A DNA stretch of 64,000 nt from a virus: positions 32,001 through 96,000 of the IMG/VR virus record IMGVR_UViG_3300033049_000020; one strand, given 5' to 3'. A program made the translations under genes and the position numbers. Below are positions 9,769 to 19,258 of this stretch, piece by piece (within the stretch, counting starts at the first letter, position 1; every line of letters begins with the position of its first letter). Below the pieces are notes generated by a model. It had not been told where the DNA came from and searched no databases. It saw only the letters and a list, made by a program, of their open reading frames with translations.

Positions 9769-10428
9769 CTATGGTCGAGTAGATGTTCGCCTAATCTTGG
9801 TGTATGGCCAACCTGTATTATCGTGAATGATGTCGTATAGGGTTGGGATGTTAGCACTGCCACACGTTCCCATGAATACGATACCTTTAATCTTCTCATC
9901 CTTACTGTAATCATGCAGCTTATGATGTAGTCTCTGACAATCTAACTTATTCTTACAGATAATCATGTCAAATCTATCTTCATTCTGAACAACTAGCTTA
10001 TTGTGGACAACAATCGCTTGCCTACTACTATTAGCATCCTCAGAATCTGTGAAAACCAGCCTTAGCACGTCTTTAAAGGTTTTTCTATCCTTTCGGGAAG
10101 GGTGACCATATATCCAGAAAGTTTCTTCAATAAAATACTCGCTAGACTCTTTTACCGTCCATAGGTCAAATATTGGTGTTTCCTCATATACACGACCAAG
10201 TTCATCCCTTATGAATCGATTTTTATCACCCCCTTCAATATCCTTAACTAAGAATATTTCATACTTGATGGGTTTAATCACTTTATCGTTCACGAACGCC
10301 TTGGGGAAAATAACTGACTCGTTTTCTTCCTTAATCCTATTGTAGTTAATATACGCTGTTGACTCCTTCACACATCTATGAATTGTCTTGCGATATTTGC
10401 CGTTCCCAATTAAAATTGTTCGATACAT
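9769..10428 (-). CDS. Hypothetical protein
   Basis: 219 aa ORF. Confidence 0.5.
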   Translation of the reverse strand: MYRTILIGNGKYRKTIHRCVKESTAYINYNRIKEENESVIFPKAFVNDKVIKPIKYEIFLVKDIEGGDKNRFIRDELGRVYEETPIFDLWTVKESSEYFIEETFWIYGHPSRKDRKTFKDVLRLVFTDSEDANSSRQAIVVHNKLVVQNEDRFDMIICKNKLDCQRLHHKLHDYSKDEKIKGIVFMGTCGSANIPTLYDIIHDNTGWPYTKIRRTSTRP

Positions 10429-10477
10429 TTGGTTTTTACATAAATAATACGTATCTTTGTGGTAAATACAATACTTA

Positions 10478-11482
10478 ATGAAAGATTATTATGCGATTCT
10501 GGGAGTATCAAAGGATGCTACTGAAAAGGAGATAAAGAAGGCTTACCGTAAATTATCAATGAAGCATCACCCAGATAAGGGTGGTGATGCTGATAAGTTT
10601 ACCGAACTTAATGAAGCCAATGAGATTCTCAGTGACGCTAATAAGAGAGCTAATTATGATAATCCCCCACAACAAGCTGGTGGCTTTGGTTTCGGTGGCT
10701 TTAGTTTCGGTGGTAGTATGCGCCAAGCACAACAAATCAATCCACATATAACAGTAAACATCACGATAAGTCTTGAAGAGTGCTTCACTGGCGCTGACGT
10801 TAACGTCAATTACGACAGACTTAATCTATGTACTGACTGTAATGGAGAAGGTGGTTCAAATCCTTCGACTTGTTCCGAATGCGGTGGCCAAGGTCACGTA
10901 AGATTCATGATGGGTAATACGGAAGTGGCGATGGAGTGTAGAACATGTGAAGGTTCTGGACAAATGAATATTGACCCATGTAATAAGTGTAACTCAACAG
11001 GATTTACTAAGATGAAAGCTGAGACGGTAATTAAGTTACCACCAAGTTTATTAACTGGCTCCATATTACGAGTAGCTGGTGGTGGAAACCAAGTCGGTGG
11101 TGGTCAAGCTGGAGAACTAAGAATTAAGGTCAAGGTAGACCCACATCCGATATTCGAACACGAATCACTCAACCAACCATTCAACTTAGTCCAAGACTTA
11201 GACCTAACCTATCCTGAGATGGTATTGGGCTGCGAAAAGACAGTGCCCAATATTGAAGGTAAGAAGTTGAAGATAACTATTCCACCATTAAGTCAGAACG
11301 GAGCCAAGTTACGACTTAAGGGTCAAGGTTTATTTCATAGAAGTTCTAGAGAGGTAAAGAAGAATAGAGGAGACATGACAGTTGAGGTATGGGTGAAGAT
11401 GCCCACCAATCTTTCAGAGTCCGAGGAAGAGGCGATTCGTCAACTTCAAGGTAAAATAGAGGAAAAAGAGATTAGGGGTTGA
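10478..11482 (+). CDS. dnaJ: DnaJ chaperone
   Basis: DYY..LGV, HPD, G/F region, CxxCxGxG repeats. Confidence 0.93.
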   Translation: MKDYYAILGVSKDATEKEIKKAYRKLSMKHHPDKGGDADKFTELNEANEILSDANKRANYDNPPQQAGGFGFGGFSFGGSMRQAQQINPHITVNITISLEECFTGADVNVNYDRLNLCTDCNGEGGSNPSTCSECGGQGHVRFMMGNTEVAMECRTCEGSGQMNIDPCNKCNSTGFTKMKAETVIKLPPSLLTGSILRVAGGGNQVGGGQAGELRIKVKVDPHPIFEHESLNQPFNLVQDLDLTYPEMVLGCEKTVPNIEGKKLKITIPPLSQNGAKLRLKGQGLFHRSSREVKKNRGDMTVEVWVKMPTNLSESEEEAIRQLQGKIEEKEIRG

Positions 11483-11543
11483 AATTGTCAAATTAATTGT
11501 GTATCTTCGCAATACAATAACGAAGTTTTAAAAATACAAATAA

Positions 11544-12014
11544 ATGTCAAAACAACCAAAATATAGTGAATTATTTCCTGACTTAGAGGACGTATTCAGA
11601 GCATCTTTCAGCATTGCTGATTTAGAACGTAACGTTAATCTATGCGTTATTAACACTCTAAATTTACCGATTACCAACGGATTACCAACCAAAGTGGTCA
11701 AGGCGTCACCAAAAGTGAAATATCATACTGGTGGTGAAGAAAATGGGTATGATGTAGAGGTTGAGGTTAATGGAGCTATCTTTGAAATGTTAACCCCAGC
11801 TCACCAAGCAATTATCGCTGAAGAAACCATCGCTCAAATTTCATATAGTTTTGAGAATGATAAGATTGCCATCACTCAACCAGATTACCAAGTAATGTCA
11901 CTGATTGCTAATAAGCATGGACATAATATTATGGAAGGAGTACGTAAAACTGTTAAGGCGTGTTACTCTCAACAAAAAGACTTAGCAGACGAAACTAAAG
12001 CAATTACAGCATAA
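11544..12014 (+). CDS. Hypothetical protein
   Basis: 156 aa ORF coupled to clpP. Confidence 0.45.
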   Translation: MSKQPKYSELFPDLEDVFRASFSIADLERNVNLCVINTLNLPITNGLPTKVVKASPKVKYHTGGEENGYDVEVEVNGAIFEMLTPAHQAIIAEETIAQISYSFENDKIAITQPDYQVMSLIANKHGHNIMEGVRKTVKACYSQQKDLADETKAITA

Positions 12015-12700
12015 TGAATGATTTCGAAAATTACGCAAAGAACCATCTCGGTGTTAGTGGAATGCAATTCCACAACTGGGAGAAGATGCAAGAACGGTTG
12101 TATGGAGCGACTGCTTCAATGACCCCTTACATTGTTGAAGAACGAGAAATGAGAGCCATCCAGATGGACATTTTCTCTAGATTGATGATGGATAGGATTA
12201 TTTGGTTGGCAGGACCTGTCCACGATGGCATGTCAACAGTGGTTCAAGCGCAGTTAATGTGGCTCGATTTGCAAGACGATTCAACAGACATAACAATGCA
12301 TATTGATACTCCAGGAGGCTCAGTTAAATCTGGTCTAAGTATGATTGATGTTATGAAGTATATTAGTCCTGACATTATCACGATTAATACTGGAATGGCT
12401 GCAAGTATGGGGAGTGTACTGTTAGGTGCTGGTACAAAGGGTAAACGATACTCTCTACCACACTCAAGAGTGATGCTACACCAAGTTAGTGGTGGTGCTC
12501 AAGGTAATATCCAAGATATGGAGATTAGTATTGCAGAAGCTAAGAAGGTGAACGCAGAGTTGTTCGAATTACTTGGAGAGTACTGCGGTAAAGCTCCAGA
12601 ACAAGTATTAGAGGATTCAACTAGAGATAACTGGTTGAAGAGTGATGAGGCCGTAGAATATGGAATCATTGATGAGATAATTGTTAAGAAAGTTAAATAA
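12014..12700 (+). CDS. clpP: ClpP protease subunit
   Basis: DIFSRLMMDRII, TPGGSV, GMAASMG (catalytic Ser), MLHQ, RDNW. Confidence 0.95.
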   Translation: MNDFENYAKNHLGVSGMQFHNWEKMQERLYGATASMTPYIVEEREMRAIQMDIFSRLMMDRIIWLAGPVHDGMSTVVQAQLMWLDLQDDSTDITMHIDTPGGSVKSGLSMIDVMKYISPDIITINTGMAASMGSVLLGAGTKGKRYSLPHSRVMLHQVSGGAQGNIQDMEISIAEAKKVNAELFELLGEYCGKAPEQVLEDSTRDNWLKSDEAVEYGIIDEIIVKKVK

Positions 12701-12750
12701 GAGTTGCCTTTCTAAGTAAGAGTCTTATATTTATAATATAGCGAATACAT

Positions 12751-13126
12751 GGGGTCGACTGGTTTTGACTGCAAGAGATTGGATGTATAAGCAAGCACTG
12801 GGAATTTTTGGATTATACCAGTATAAAATGTATCTGAAAACTATAACTGACGAAACTAACGTAACATCAGCACAATATCTAGAAAGCATTGCACTTGCAG
12901 TGACTTCAGAGAAGGCAGCGCTATCTGCATAATAAGCGCCAATTAGGAGAAGCCTAATAAAGCCTCAGTGTTCTTTCATTGATGAGGTTGAAACTACAAA
13001 GAAAGATGGGTTTGTGAATTCCTATAAAGATTCACTAGTTTGATGGTTTAGAAAAACTAAATAAGCTTGTAGAAAGTATGTATGGTACTTGTTAGGACGA
13101 GGGTTCGATTCCCTCCGACTCCACCC
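12751..13126 (+). ncRNA. ssrA: tmRNA with 27-codon tag DETNVTSAQYLESIALAVTSEKAALSA (12849-12932)
   Basis: 5' GGGGTCG pairs with 3' CGACTCC-A; T-arm GAGGGTTCGATTCCCTC; ATAACT before resume codon; Ala-ending tag then TAATAA. Confidence 0.9.
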
Positions 13127-13192
13127 CAGACATTCGCTTAAAAGATACGGATTAAAGTTGCATATGTCAATTTTTTTCCGTATCTTTGTTTT

Positions 13193-13348
13193 ATGGAAGA
13201 TAACGAACCAGTATTTGAAGGGTGTACATGTGCTACAGAATATGATGATGAGCACACATGCCCATTCGCAGAAGAGATTCATAACGATAGTGAAACACTA
13301 TGTACCTGCTGTGCCGTATGTACATACGAATGTGGAATGAACATATAA
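13193..13348 (+). CDS. 51 aa Cys-rich protein, not in ORF track
   Basis: MEDNEPVFEGCTCATEYDDEHTCPFAEEIHNDSETLCTCCAVCTYECGMNI, directly after a TATCTTTG promoter. Confidence 0.55.
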   Translation: MEDNEPVFEGCTCATEYDDEHTCPFAEEIHNDSETLCTCCAVCTYECGMNI

Positions 13349-13508
13349 TTTACACTTTTATCTTTTTCCCACATATTTAATAGAACCCACTAAGAAATTA
13401 ATCTTGCTATATGCTTCCACGCAAGTGGAATTAAGACCTCTGACTAAGCTCCTGTCAGGGGCTTTTCTTTTTCTAGTTAAGCTATATTTATATGTAAAGA
13501 TAATAATT

Positions 13509-13874
13509 ATGGCAAATATGTTAAAGGAAGCTCTAAGCTCCGACAGTAAAATTTCTAGTAAACGAGTAATCACTATCTCATCATTTCTATTGATGTCAGC
13601 CGCATTTATTGGTGACTTAGGGTGGGATTTAACAGTAGCTGAACATGTATATAACTCAATGTCATATATTACAATAGCTGGGTTGGGCTTTACGGCTTCA
13701 GAATGGTTATTTTCAGGTAAATCACCTAAAGACGGTAATGGGGGTGGTGGCCAAGGCGATTATCGAAACCAAACAGCTAATAGTGGATACGATAGGGGGT
13801 ATAAGGATGGGTATCAGGCAGGTAAAGAAGCATGCCTTAGTGGTAATAGTGAAACCGAAGCAGATATGTATTAA
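13509..13874 (+). CDS. Two-TM holin-like protein (likely start 13509)
   Basis: ISSKRV followed by two hydrophobic helices; ATATTTATA upstream. Confidence 0.45.
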   Translation: MANMLKEALSSDSKISSKRVITISSFLLMSAAFIGDLGWDLTVAEHVYNSMSYITIAGLGFTASEWLFSGKSPKDGNGGGGQGDYRNQTANSGYDRGYKDGYQAGKEACLSGNSETEADMY

Positions 13875-14313
13875 TTACTTTTTAGGTCTTGGCTTAGGCT
13901 TTGGCTTATTACAGCCACAACCTCTAAATTCAAATGATTTAAGTTGTGTTTTCATATCTATAAATATGCGTGAGCACGAATAAAGTCTTGAATCATTAGT
14001 AAAATGACTTAAATTAGTAAAAATGTTTGATAAGAAAATACACATAATCAACAAACAATGGGATTATATCACATCCATGAGAACAGCATCAGTTCCACAT
14101 AGAGACGAGCTAATTCATATTGACGGACAATACAATATAGTAGTAAATATAATCTACGAATCTAAGTGGTATGGTACCAAAATATTCGTTATTACGGAAC
14201 CAGTTACAACTAATATTGAACCTGAAACAGAAAAAAAGTAAGAAAAAGCTTGTATTATCGGATAATTATTCGTATCTTTGTCATCAACTAATATTTATAT
14301 AAAAACAAGTAAG

Positions 14314-14697
14314 ATGAAGAAAGAACAAGATTGTATGTAGATTTGTAAGAACAACAAGTTAATTACTATTACGAGGCAAGATATGCCTTATGGGTATCAG
14401 TGCGTCCAGAGCGCACATTCAGTAGCATACTTTGCTATTGACTACCGTGAAGAATTCGAAAGATGGCACGAGACCTCACAATACATGGTCTCCCTAGGTG
14501 CTAAAGATGAAAATCATTTAAAGGAGCTAATCAATAAAGCTGATGAGAAGGGTGTTAAAGTCTCTATCTTCATCGAGCCTGACCTTGATAATCAAATAAC
14601 GTCTATAACATTGGAACCTTGTGAGGCAGCTCGTAAGATGACCAGTTCATTACCAAAAATAATGAAAGAATTAGGTTGGGAGGTGCCAGCATCATGA
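14314..14697 (+). CDS. Pth2-like peptidyl-tRNA hydrolase with in-frame TAG at codon 9 (14338-14340)
   Basis: MKKEQDCM*ICKNNKLITITRQDMPYGYQCVQSAH...FIEPDLDNQITSI...TSSLP. Confidence 0.75.
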
Positions 14698-14997
14698 GAA
14701 CTATCATATTCAAAGACGATAAGGTACGCCCTATCACATTCCATTTCAATAAAGGTCATTTACAAGACTCTAACATTCCAATGTGGATTGTTAAGTATAA
14801 GGGTGAGACACATTACGTCCACCATGTTACTGTAAGTGAAGGGATAGGATTATCGACTAAGGAATCACCCGACCACCCGACTACCAAAGGTAGCTTAAGG
14901 TTCAAAGGGTCGTTAACCATAACTACAGGGGATGATAAGAAATTATTAGCCGAAATTTGCTAAAGTGAAAATAATTTAGTATCTTTGTATAATAGAA

Positions 14998-15068
14998 GTG
15001 TAGGTGTCAGAGTGGTTATGTAGTTCCCTGCAAAGGTTCTTACGGTGGTTCGATTCCATCCCTACACT
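14998..15068 (+). tRNA. tRNA-Cys(GCA), weak anticodon stem
   Basis: GTGTAGG/CCTACAC acceptor, CT-GCA-AA loop, U73. Confidence 0.65.
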
Positions 15069-15334
15069 CTTAATCATAATATTTATGGAATATTATTTAA
15101 CTAATAAATGACTAATTATTACGAAATAACTAAATACACTAAGTTCTTTATACAGCACTTGAACTCAGATGTATATACCATACATAGAGACGATAATAAT
15201 TGTCCTAATATTAAAGTAGGTGACACCATCAATGTCGGGGGTGAGGTATTTGAGATAGAGAAGATGGAAAGCTTTGAAAAATCATTCGGATTAAAGGGGC
15301 AGAACGTTGCAGTAGTAGTAAGAGCAAAGAATAT

Positions 15335-15408
15335 GCCTTTGTAGCTCAGTTGGTCAGAGTAGGGGACTCTAAATCCTTTGGTCGTGGGTTCGAATCCCAC
15401 CATTGGCA
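15335..15408 (+). tRNA. tRNA with CTA anticodon (amber-suppressor type)
   Basis: Cloverleaf; GGGGA-CT-CTA-AA-TCCTT; two U-U pairs in acceptor stem. Confidence 0.85.
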
Positions 15409-15413
15409 CATAA

Positions 15414-15482
15414 GGGACAATTGTAGGTACGGGTCTGAGATTCTAAACCTCAAGGCATGGGGTTCGAATCCCCATTGTCCCT
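15414..15482 (+). tRNA. Second CTA-anticodon tRNA, degenerate D-arm
   Basis: GGGACAA/TTGTCCC; TGAGA-TT-CTA-AA-CCTCA; canonical T-arm. Confidence 0.7.
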
Positions 15483-15515
15483 CTGTTATTACCAAATAAA
15501 CTTAATATCTTTATT

Positions 15516-16043
15516 ATGTTAAAACAAATTTCATACTTCGAGAAGGAAGCTCTCATCAGGGCGGCATTTCCTAAAGATATCATTTGTCATATCTCTGGTG
15601 CTTATACTAATGGTGACGATAGTGATGAGCTTACAATAGAGAAATCCTTAAAGCAGATAGCTTTTAGAAAACAATGGAATATAGATAACCCACATGAGGT
15701 TATATACGAACCTTCTGGTACTACATATAAACGACCAGAACCAGAACTATTCGTCTTACAAGAAATAGACCCTGATTGGACTTTAGATTATTACTTCCGA
15801 GAGGAATATGGTCAAGCTATCTTTGATGAGCTGACAGCCAAACATAGGGGACAACGAATTAACTTCAAATATACTAATATAGATAAGGATATTAACATCG
15901 ATATTGATGGTACAGTAGTTGAGTTATATGCGCCTCCGAATAAAGATGCTAAACGAAATAAGGACAACTATAGGGTCTTATGGGATGACGGAAAGATAGG
16001 TGTAGTAGAATTAGAAGAAAAAGCCATAACTTTATTGAACTGA
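15516..16043 (+). CDS. Hypothetical protein
   Basis: 175 aa ORF. Confidence 0.45.
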   Translation: MLKQISYFEKEALIRAAFPKDIICHISGAYTNGDDSDELTIEKSLKQIAFRKQWNIDNPHEVIYEPSGTTYKRPEPELFVLQEIDPDWTLDYYFREEYGQAIFDELTAKHRGQRINFKYTNIDKDINIDIDGTVVELYAPPNKDAKRNKDNYRVLWDDGKIGVVELEEKAITLLN

Positions 16044-16154
16044 TTATCAATCACTTAGTAATTATTTTCAAAAAACTTTACAATAATACTTGACAAATCC
16101 AAATAAATATAGTATCTTTGTATCATAATTAACCGAAAGGTTCTTTGAAATTTT

Positions 16155-16533
16155 GGCCTTGTAGCTCAGAGAAGACGGATTTATAAGTACTTCGGTACCT
16201 TTATCTTAAAGAGCACTGTCTAGACAGATGTCGCAGGTTGAATCCCTGCCGAGGCCACATATGGGGATGAAGTAAGTACACCTAGTGTAAACTGCTTTTG
16301 GAAGCTCACCCTTCCCATCCCCACCAATTGGGGACGAAGCATTGGGGTTAAAGCCAAACGCTTACTTGGTAGTGAAAATCTACCCGTCCCCACTAATATG
16401 CGTGGATAGCATAATCAGAAAGGACACTGATAATATTGTCGTTGAATTACATTCTTGGTCGACAATCGCTAATTATACCTTTCTAGTGCAACTGCTTAGG
16501 TAGTTTGTTGAGGTGGAAACCCTCATCCATGCA
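16155..16533 (+). ncRNA. Four tandem tRNA-like RNAs lacking a normal anticodon loop (16155-16257, 16263-16326, 16330-16395, 16400-16533)
   Basis: Each has a 7-bp acceptor stem and a T-arm-like hairpin; preceded by promoter and boxA-like GTTCTTTGAAA. Confidence 0.7.
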
Positions 16534-16541
16534 CTTTTTAA

Positions 16542-16737
16542 AAGTTAGGTTCAGCAACCAAATCCAACTATGGAAGTCTGTTTCATGCGTTAACTAACTA
16601 ACTTGTAAAATATTAAAAGTAGATTTCAGCAACCCAAATCTTTCAGATAAGAAAAACCATCTACTTGAACTTTTAAAGGAAGCTTACAGCAACTTACAAA
16701 TCTAAAATCAATTTTAACGGAAAAAGATGCCTTCCTG
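16542..16737 (+). ncRNA. Three tandem CAGCAA hairpin RNAs (16542-16605, 16617-16667, 16677-16737)
   Basis: Closing stems AAGTTAG/CTAACTT, AAGTAGA/TCTACTT, AGGAAG/CTTCCT, each followed by T(T/A)CAGCAA. Confidence 0.7.
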
Positions 16738-16744
16738 ATGCACT

Positions 16745-16774
16745 AAACCCTTAGCTAACCGCTAAGGGTTTTTT
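16745..16774 (+). terminator. Intrinsic terminator of the small-RNA operon
   Basis: AAACCCTTAGC-TAACC-GCTAAGGGTTT-TTT. Confidence 0.85.
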
Positions 16775-16814
16775 CTTTATCGATAATATCAATTATTTTC
16801 GGTATCTTTGCAGT

Positions 16815-17387
16815 ATGGAAATTAAATATACCAATATTATGAATGAGAAAGTGAAGAATAAAAACGGGGTAATATTTCCTAAGTTATTAATCATCGGAAA
16901 TGGTCGCCATGGGAAAGATACAGTAGCTGAAATTCTACGAGACGAATACCAGATGACATTCAAGTCGTCATCATTAGCAGCAGCAGAGATATTCCTGTAT
17001 GATGCATTAAAAGACAAATACAATTATCAGACTCCAGAAGAGTGTTTTGAGGATAGAGCTAATCATAGACCAGAGTGGTATGAAATGATTTGTGATTATA
17101 ACAATCTTGATAAGGCTAAGTTAGCCAAGTCTATCCTAAAGGAGGCTGACTGTTATGTTGGTATGCGAGATAGAGGTGAGATAGTAGAATGTCTAAAACA
17201 AGGAGTATTTGAACTCGTTATTTGGGTGGACGCATCTGACCGATTACCGTTGGAACCAGCATCCTCATTCAACATAGATAAGTCTTGTGCAGATATAATT
17301 ATCGAGAACAATGGTACTTTAGAAGAGTTAGTCGCTAAAGTAAAGAGATTAGGAAGTGTATTGGACGTTTACGAGCCAATGTTCTAA
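16815..17387 (+). CDS. P-loop dNMP-kinase-like protein
   Basis: IIGNGRHGKDT; IIIENNGTL. Confidence 0.7.
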   Translation: MEIKYTNIMNEKVKNKNGVIFPKLLIIGNGRHGKDTVAEILRDEYQMTFKSSSLAAAEIFLYDALKDKYNYQTPEECFEDRANHRPEWYEMICDYNNLDKAKLAKSILKEADCYVGMRDRGEIVECLKQGVFELVIWVDASDRLPLEPASSFNIDKSCADIIIENNGTLEELVAKVKRLGSVLDVYEPMF

Positions 17388-17469
17388 AAGTCAGCTAAAT
17401 AGATTAATAGAAAAGCTCAGATTTGGTTATCTGGGCTTTTTTTCGTACCTTTGTATTATATTTATAGAT

Positions 17470-17928
17470 ATGAAGTTAGGAGAAGCATTTGATGAGATAA
17501 CTAACGAGCCACATATCGAAGTAGAGGATACGGAGGATGGGTTTGACGTAACGGTATATGTGGGTGGCATAAAAGCTGGTAAATTAGTGGCACAATACAT
17601 TACTGGTGGCTATTGGGGATTCGAGGATGAATTCAGTGAGGAGGAGTATGATGTAATGTTCCCAGACGATAGTTTCTTCAAGATTGAGTATGTATCTGTA
17701 GATGACGGATACAAGGGTGATGGGTTAGGTAAACTTATGATGAGTAAAGCGATTGCACTGATTAAGAATAATGGGATAGATACCGTATATTTGAATGCCT
17801 CTCCCATGGGCTTTACTGGTTTAGATATATCCGATTTAGTAGGGTTCTACAAGAAATTCGGATTTAAGGTTATACAAAAAACAGGTGATAAGTATCACGA
17901 GAATAAAGAAATGATATTGAAATTATGA
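17470..17928 (+). CDS. GNAT acetyltransferase (likely start 17470)
   Basis: VDDGYKGDGLGK; FYKKFGF. Confidence 0.85.
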   Translation: MKLGEAFDEITNEPHIEVEDTEDGFDVTVYVGGIKAGKLVAQYITGGYWGFEDEFSEEEYDVMFPDDSFFKIEYVSVDDGYKGDGLGKLMMSKAIALIKNNGIDTVYLNASPMGFTGLDISDLVGFYKKFGFKVIQKTGDKYHENKEMILKL

Positions 17929-18368
17929 GTGTAAGAGAAAATTTGCGAGGAAGACTACTAATCGAATCTGAGGAGAAGCGTATTCCTATGAATATTGAAA
18001 TCCCAGATGATATACGTAAGATTGAACAAGTGTTCAAGTCTAACGGTAAGAAGTTGTTCGTAGTGGGTGGCTCAATTAGAGACGCTATATTGGGTAAAGA
18101 ACCTAAAGATTGGGATTTGGCAACTGACGCGGTGCCAGATGATGTGATACGAATGCTTAAAATGCAATCGTTCGTCACTAACGTTATTGAGACTGGTAAA
18201 GCGTTCGGAGTCATTAATGCTTTGACAGTTAATGACGAATACGAAATTGCCACATTCAGAAAGGATATTTTTCATAATGAGAAGAAGGATTTAGATTCAT
18301 TTTTAATATATCTAAAAGGTACAGATATTGCTAAGTATGAATTGTTTAAAGAAGGGCTAATGAAATAG
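17925..18368 (+). CDS. CCA-adding/poly(A) polymerase family, N-terminal part
   Basis: VVGGSIRD, KDWDLAT, GKAFG, EIATFRKD. Confidence 0.9.
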   Translation: MSVRENLRGRLLIESEEKRIPMNIEIPDDIRKIEQVFKSNGKKLFVVGGSIRDAILGKEPKDWDLATDAVPDDVIRMLKMQSFVTNVIETGKAFGVINALTVNDEYEIATFRKDIFHNEKKDLDSFLIYLKGTDIAKYELFKEGLMK

Positions 18369-18386
18369 CGACTTTTAGACTTCTTC

Positions 18387-19085
18387 ATGATATTTATAAT
18401 AAAGAATATCATGGTAAAAGGTTACATATATAAATTGATTTGTCCGATAAGTGGTGAATGTAGATATGTTGGTAAGACTGTTCAGAGATTAAATAAACGA
18501 CTTAACAAACATAAGTATGATAAGAGAAAGAATCCGAGCCATAAGAATAGTTGGTTAATTCAATTAGAGGATAAAGGGTTATTAGGTGATATAAAAATTG
18601 AAATAATAGAGGAATGTGATACTTCGGTATTAAATGATAGGGAAATATTTTGGATTGCTAAATTAACTAGTAGTGGTTATAAGTTAACCAATATGACGGA
18701 AGGTGGTGATGTTGGTTCGTTAGGTTATAAACACACTGACGAAGCCATACGTAAAATTTCTGAGGCTGGAAAAAAACGTAAGGGGTTTAAACATACTGAT
18801 GAAGCTAAGAAAAACATTAGTAAATCTCTTATTGGTAATGATAGGCATAAAGGGTGTAACCATTCGGAAGAAACGAAGAAACAAATATCCGAAAGTAAGA
18901 AAGGTACTGTTAGTTGGAATGCACAAACAGTTTTACAATTGGATAAGGAAAGTAACATAATAAGTGAGTGGAGAAGTGCTAAGTATGCTGCCGAACAACT
19001 TGGTTTAAGTCAGGGTAATATTTGGTCGGTAATAAACGGTGACCGAAACACTTGTGGTGGGTTTAAATGGAAAAAAAATGGATGA
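18387..19085 (+). CDS. GIY-YIG homing endonuclease (NUMOD3/NUMOD1) interrupting the CCA-adding enzyme gene
   Basis: GYIY..YVGKT; HTDE/HSEETK repeats; GFKW. Confidence 0.85.
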   Translation: MIFIIKNIMVKGYIYKLICPISGECRYVGKTVQRLNKRLNKHKYDKRKNPSHKNSWLIQLEDKGLLGDIKIEIIEECDTSVLNDREIFWIAKLTSSGYKLTNMTEGGDVGSLGYKHTDEAIRKISEAGKKRKGFKHTDEAKKNISKSLIGNDRHKGCNHSEETKKQISESKKGTVSWNAQTVLQLDKESNIISEWRSAKYAAEQLGLSQGNIWSVINGDRNTCGGFKWKKNG

Positions 19086-19258
19086 AACTTATAAATATAT
19101 GAAAGGGTGGGTCGATAGAGTTAATCAACCACAAAAAGATTTTTGGGTTGAAACTCCATGGGGTAGATTTAAAAATCTTAGACCTATAACAACAGAAAAT
19201 GACGAGATTGGTGAAATTACTATAACTATGCAATATGATAAATGGGATAAACAATCAG

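Noticed and set aside
16542-16737. CRISPR array
   Set aside because: Only a short CAGCAA core is shared, the flanks covary as stems, spacing is irregular and no cas genes are present.
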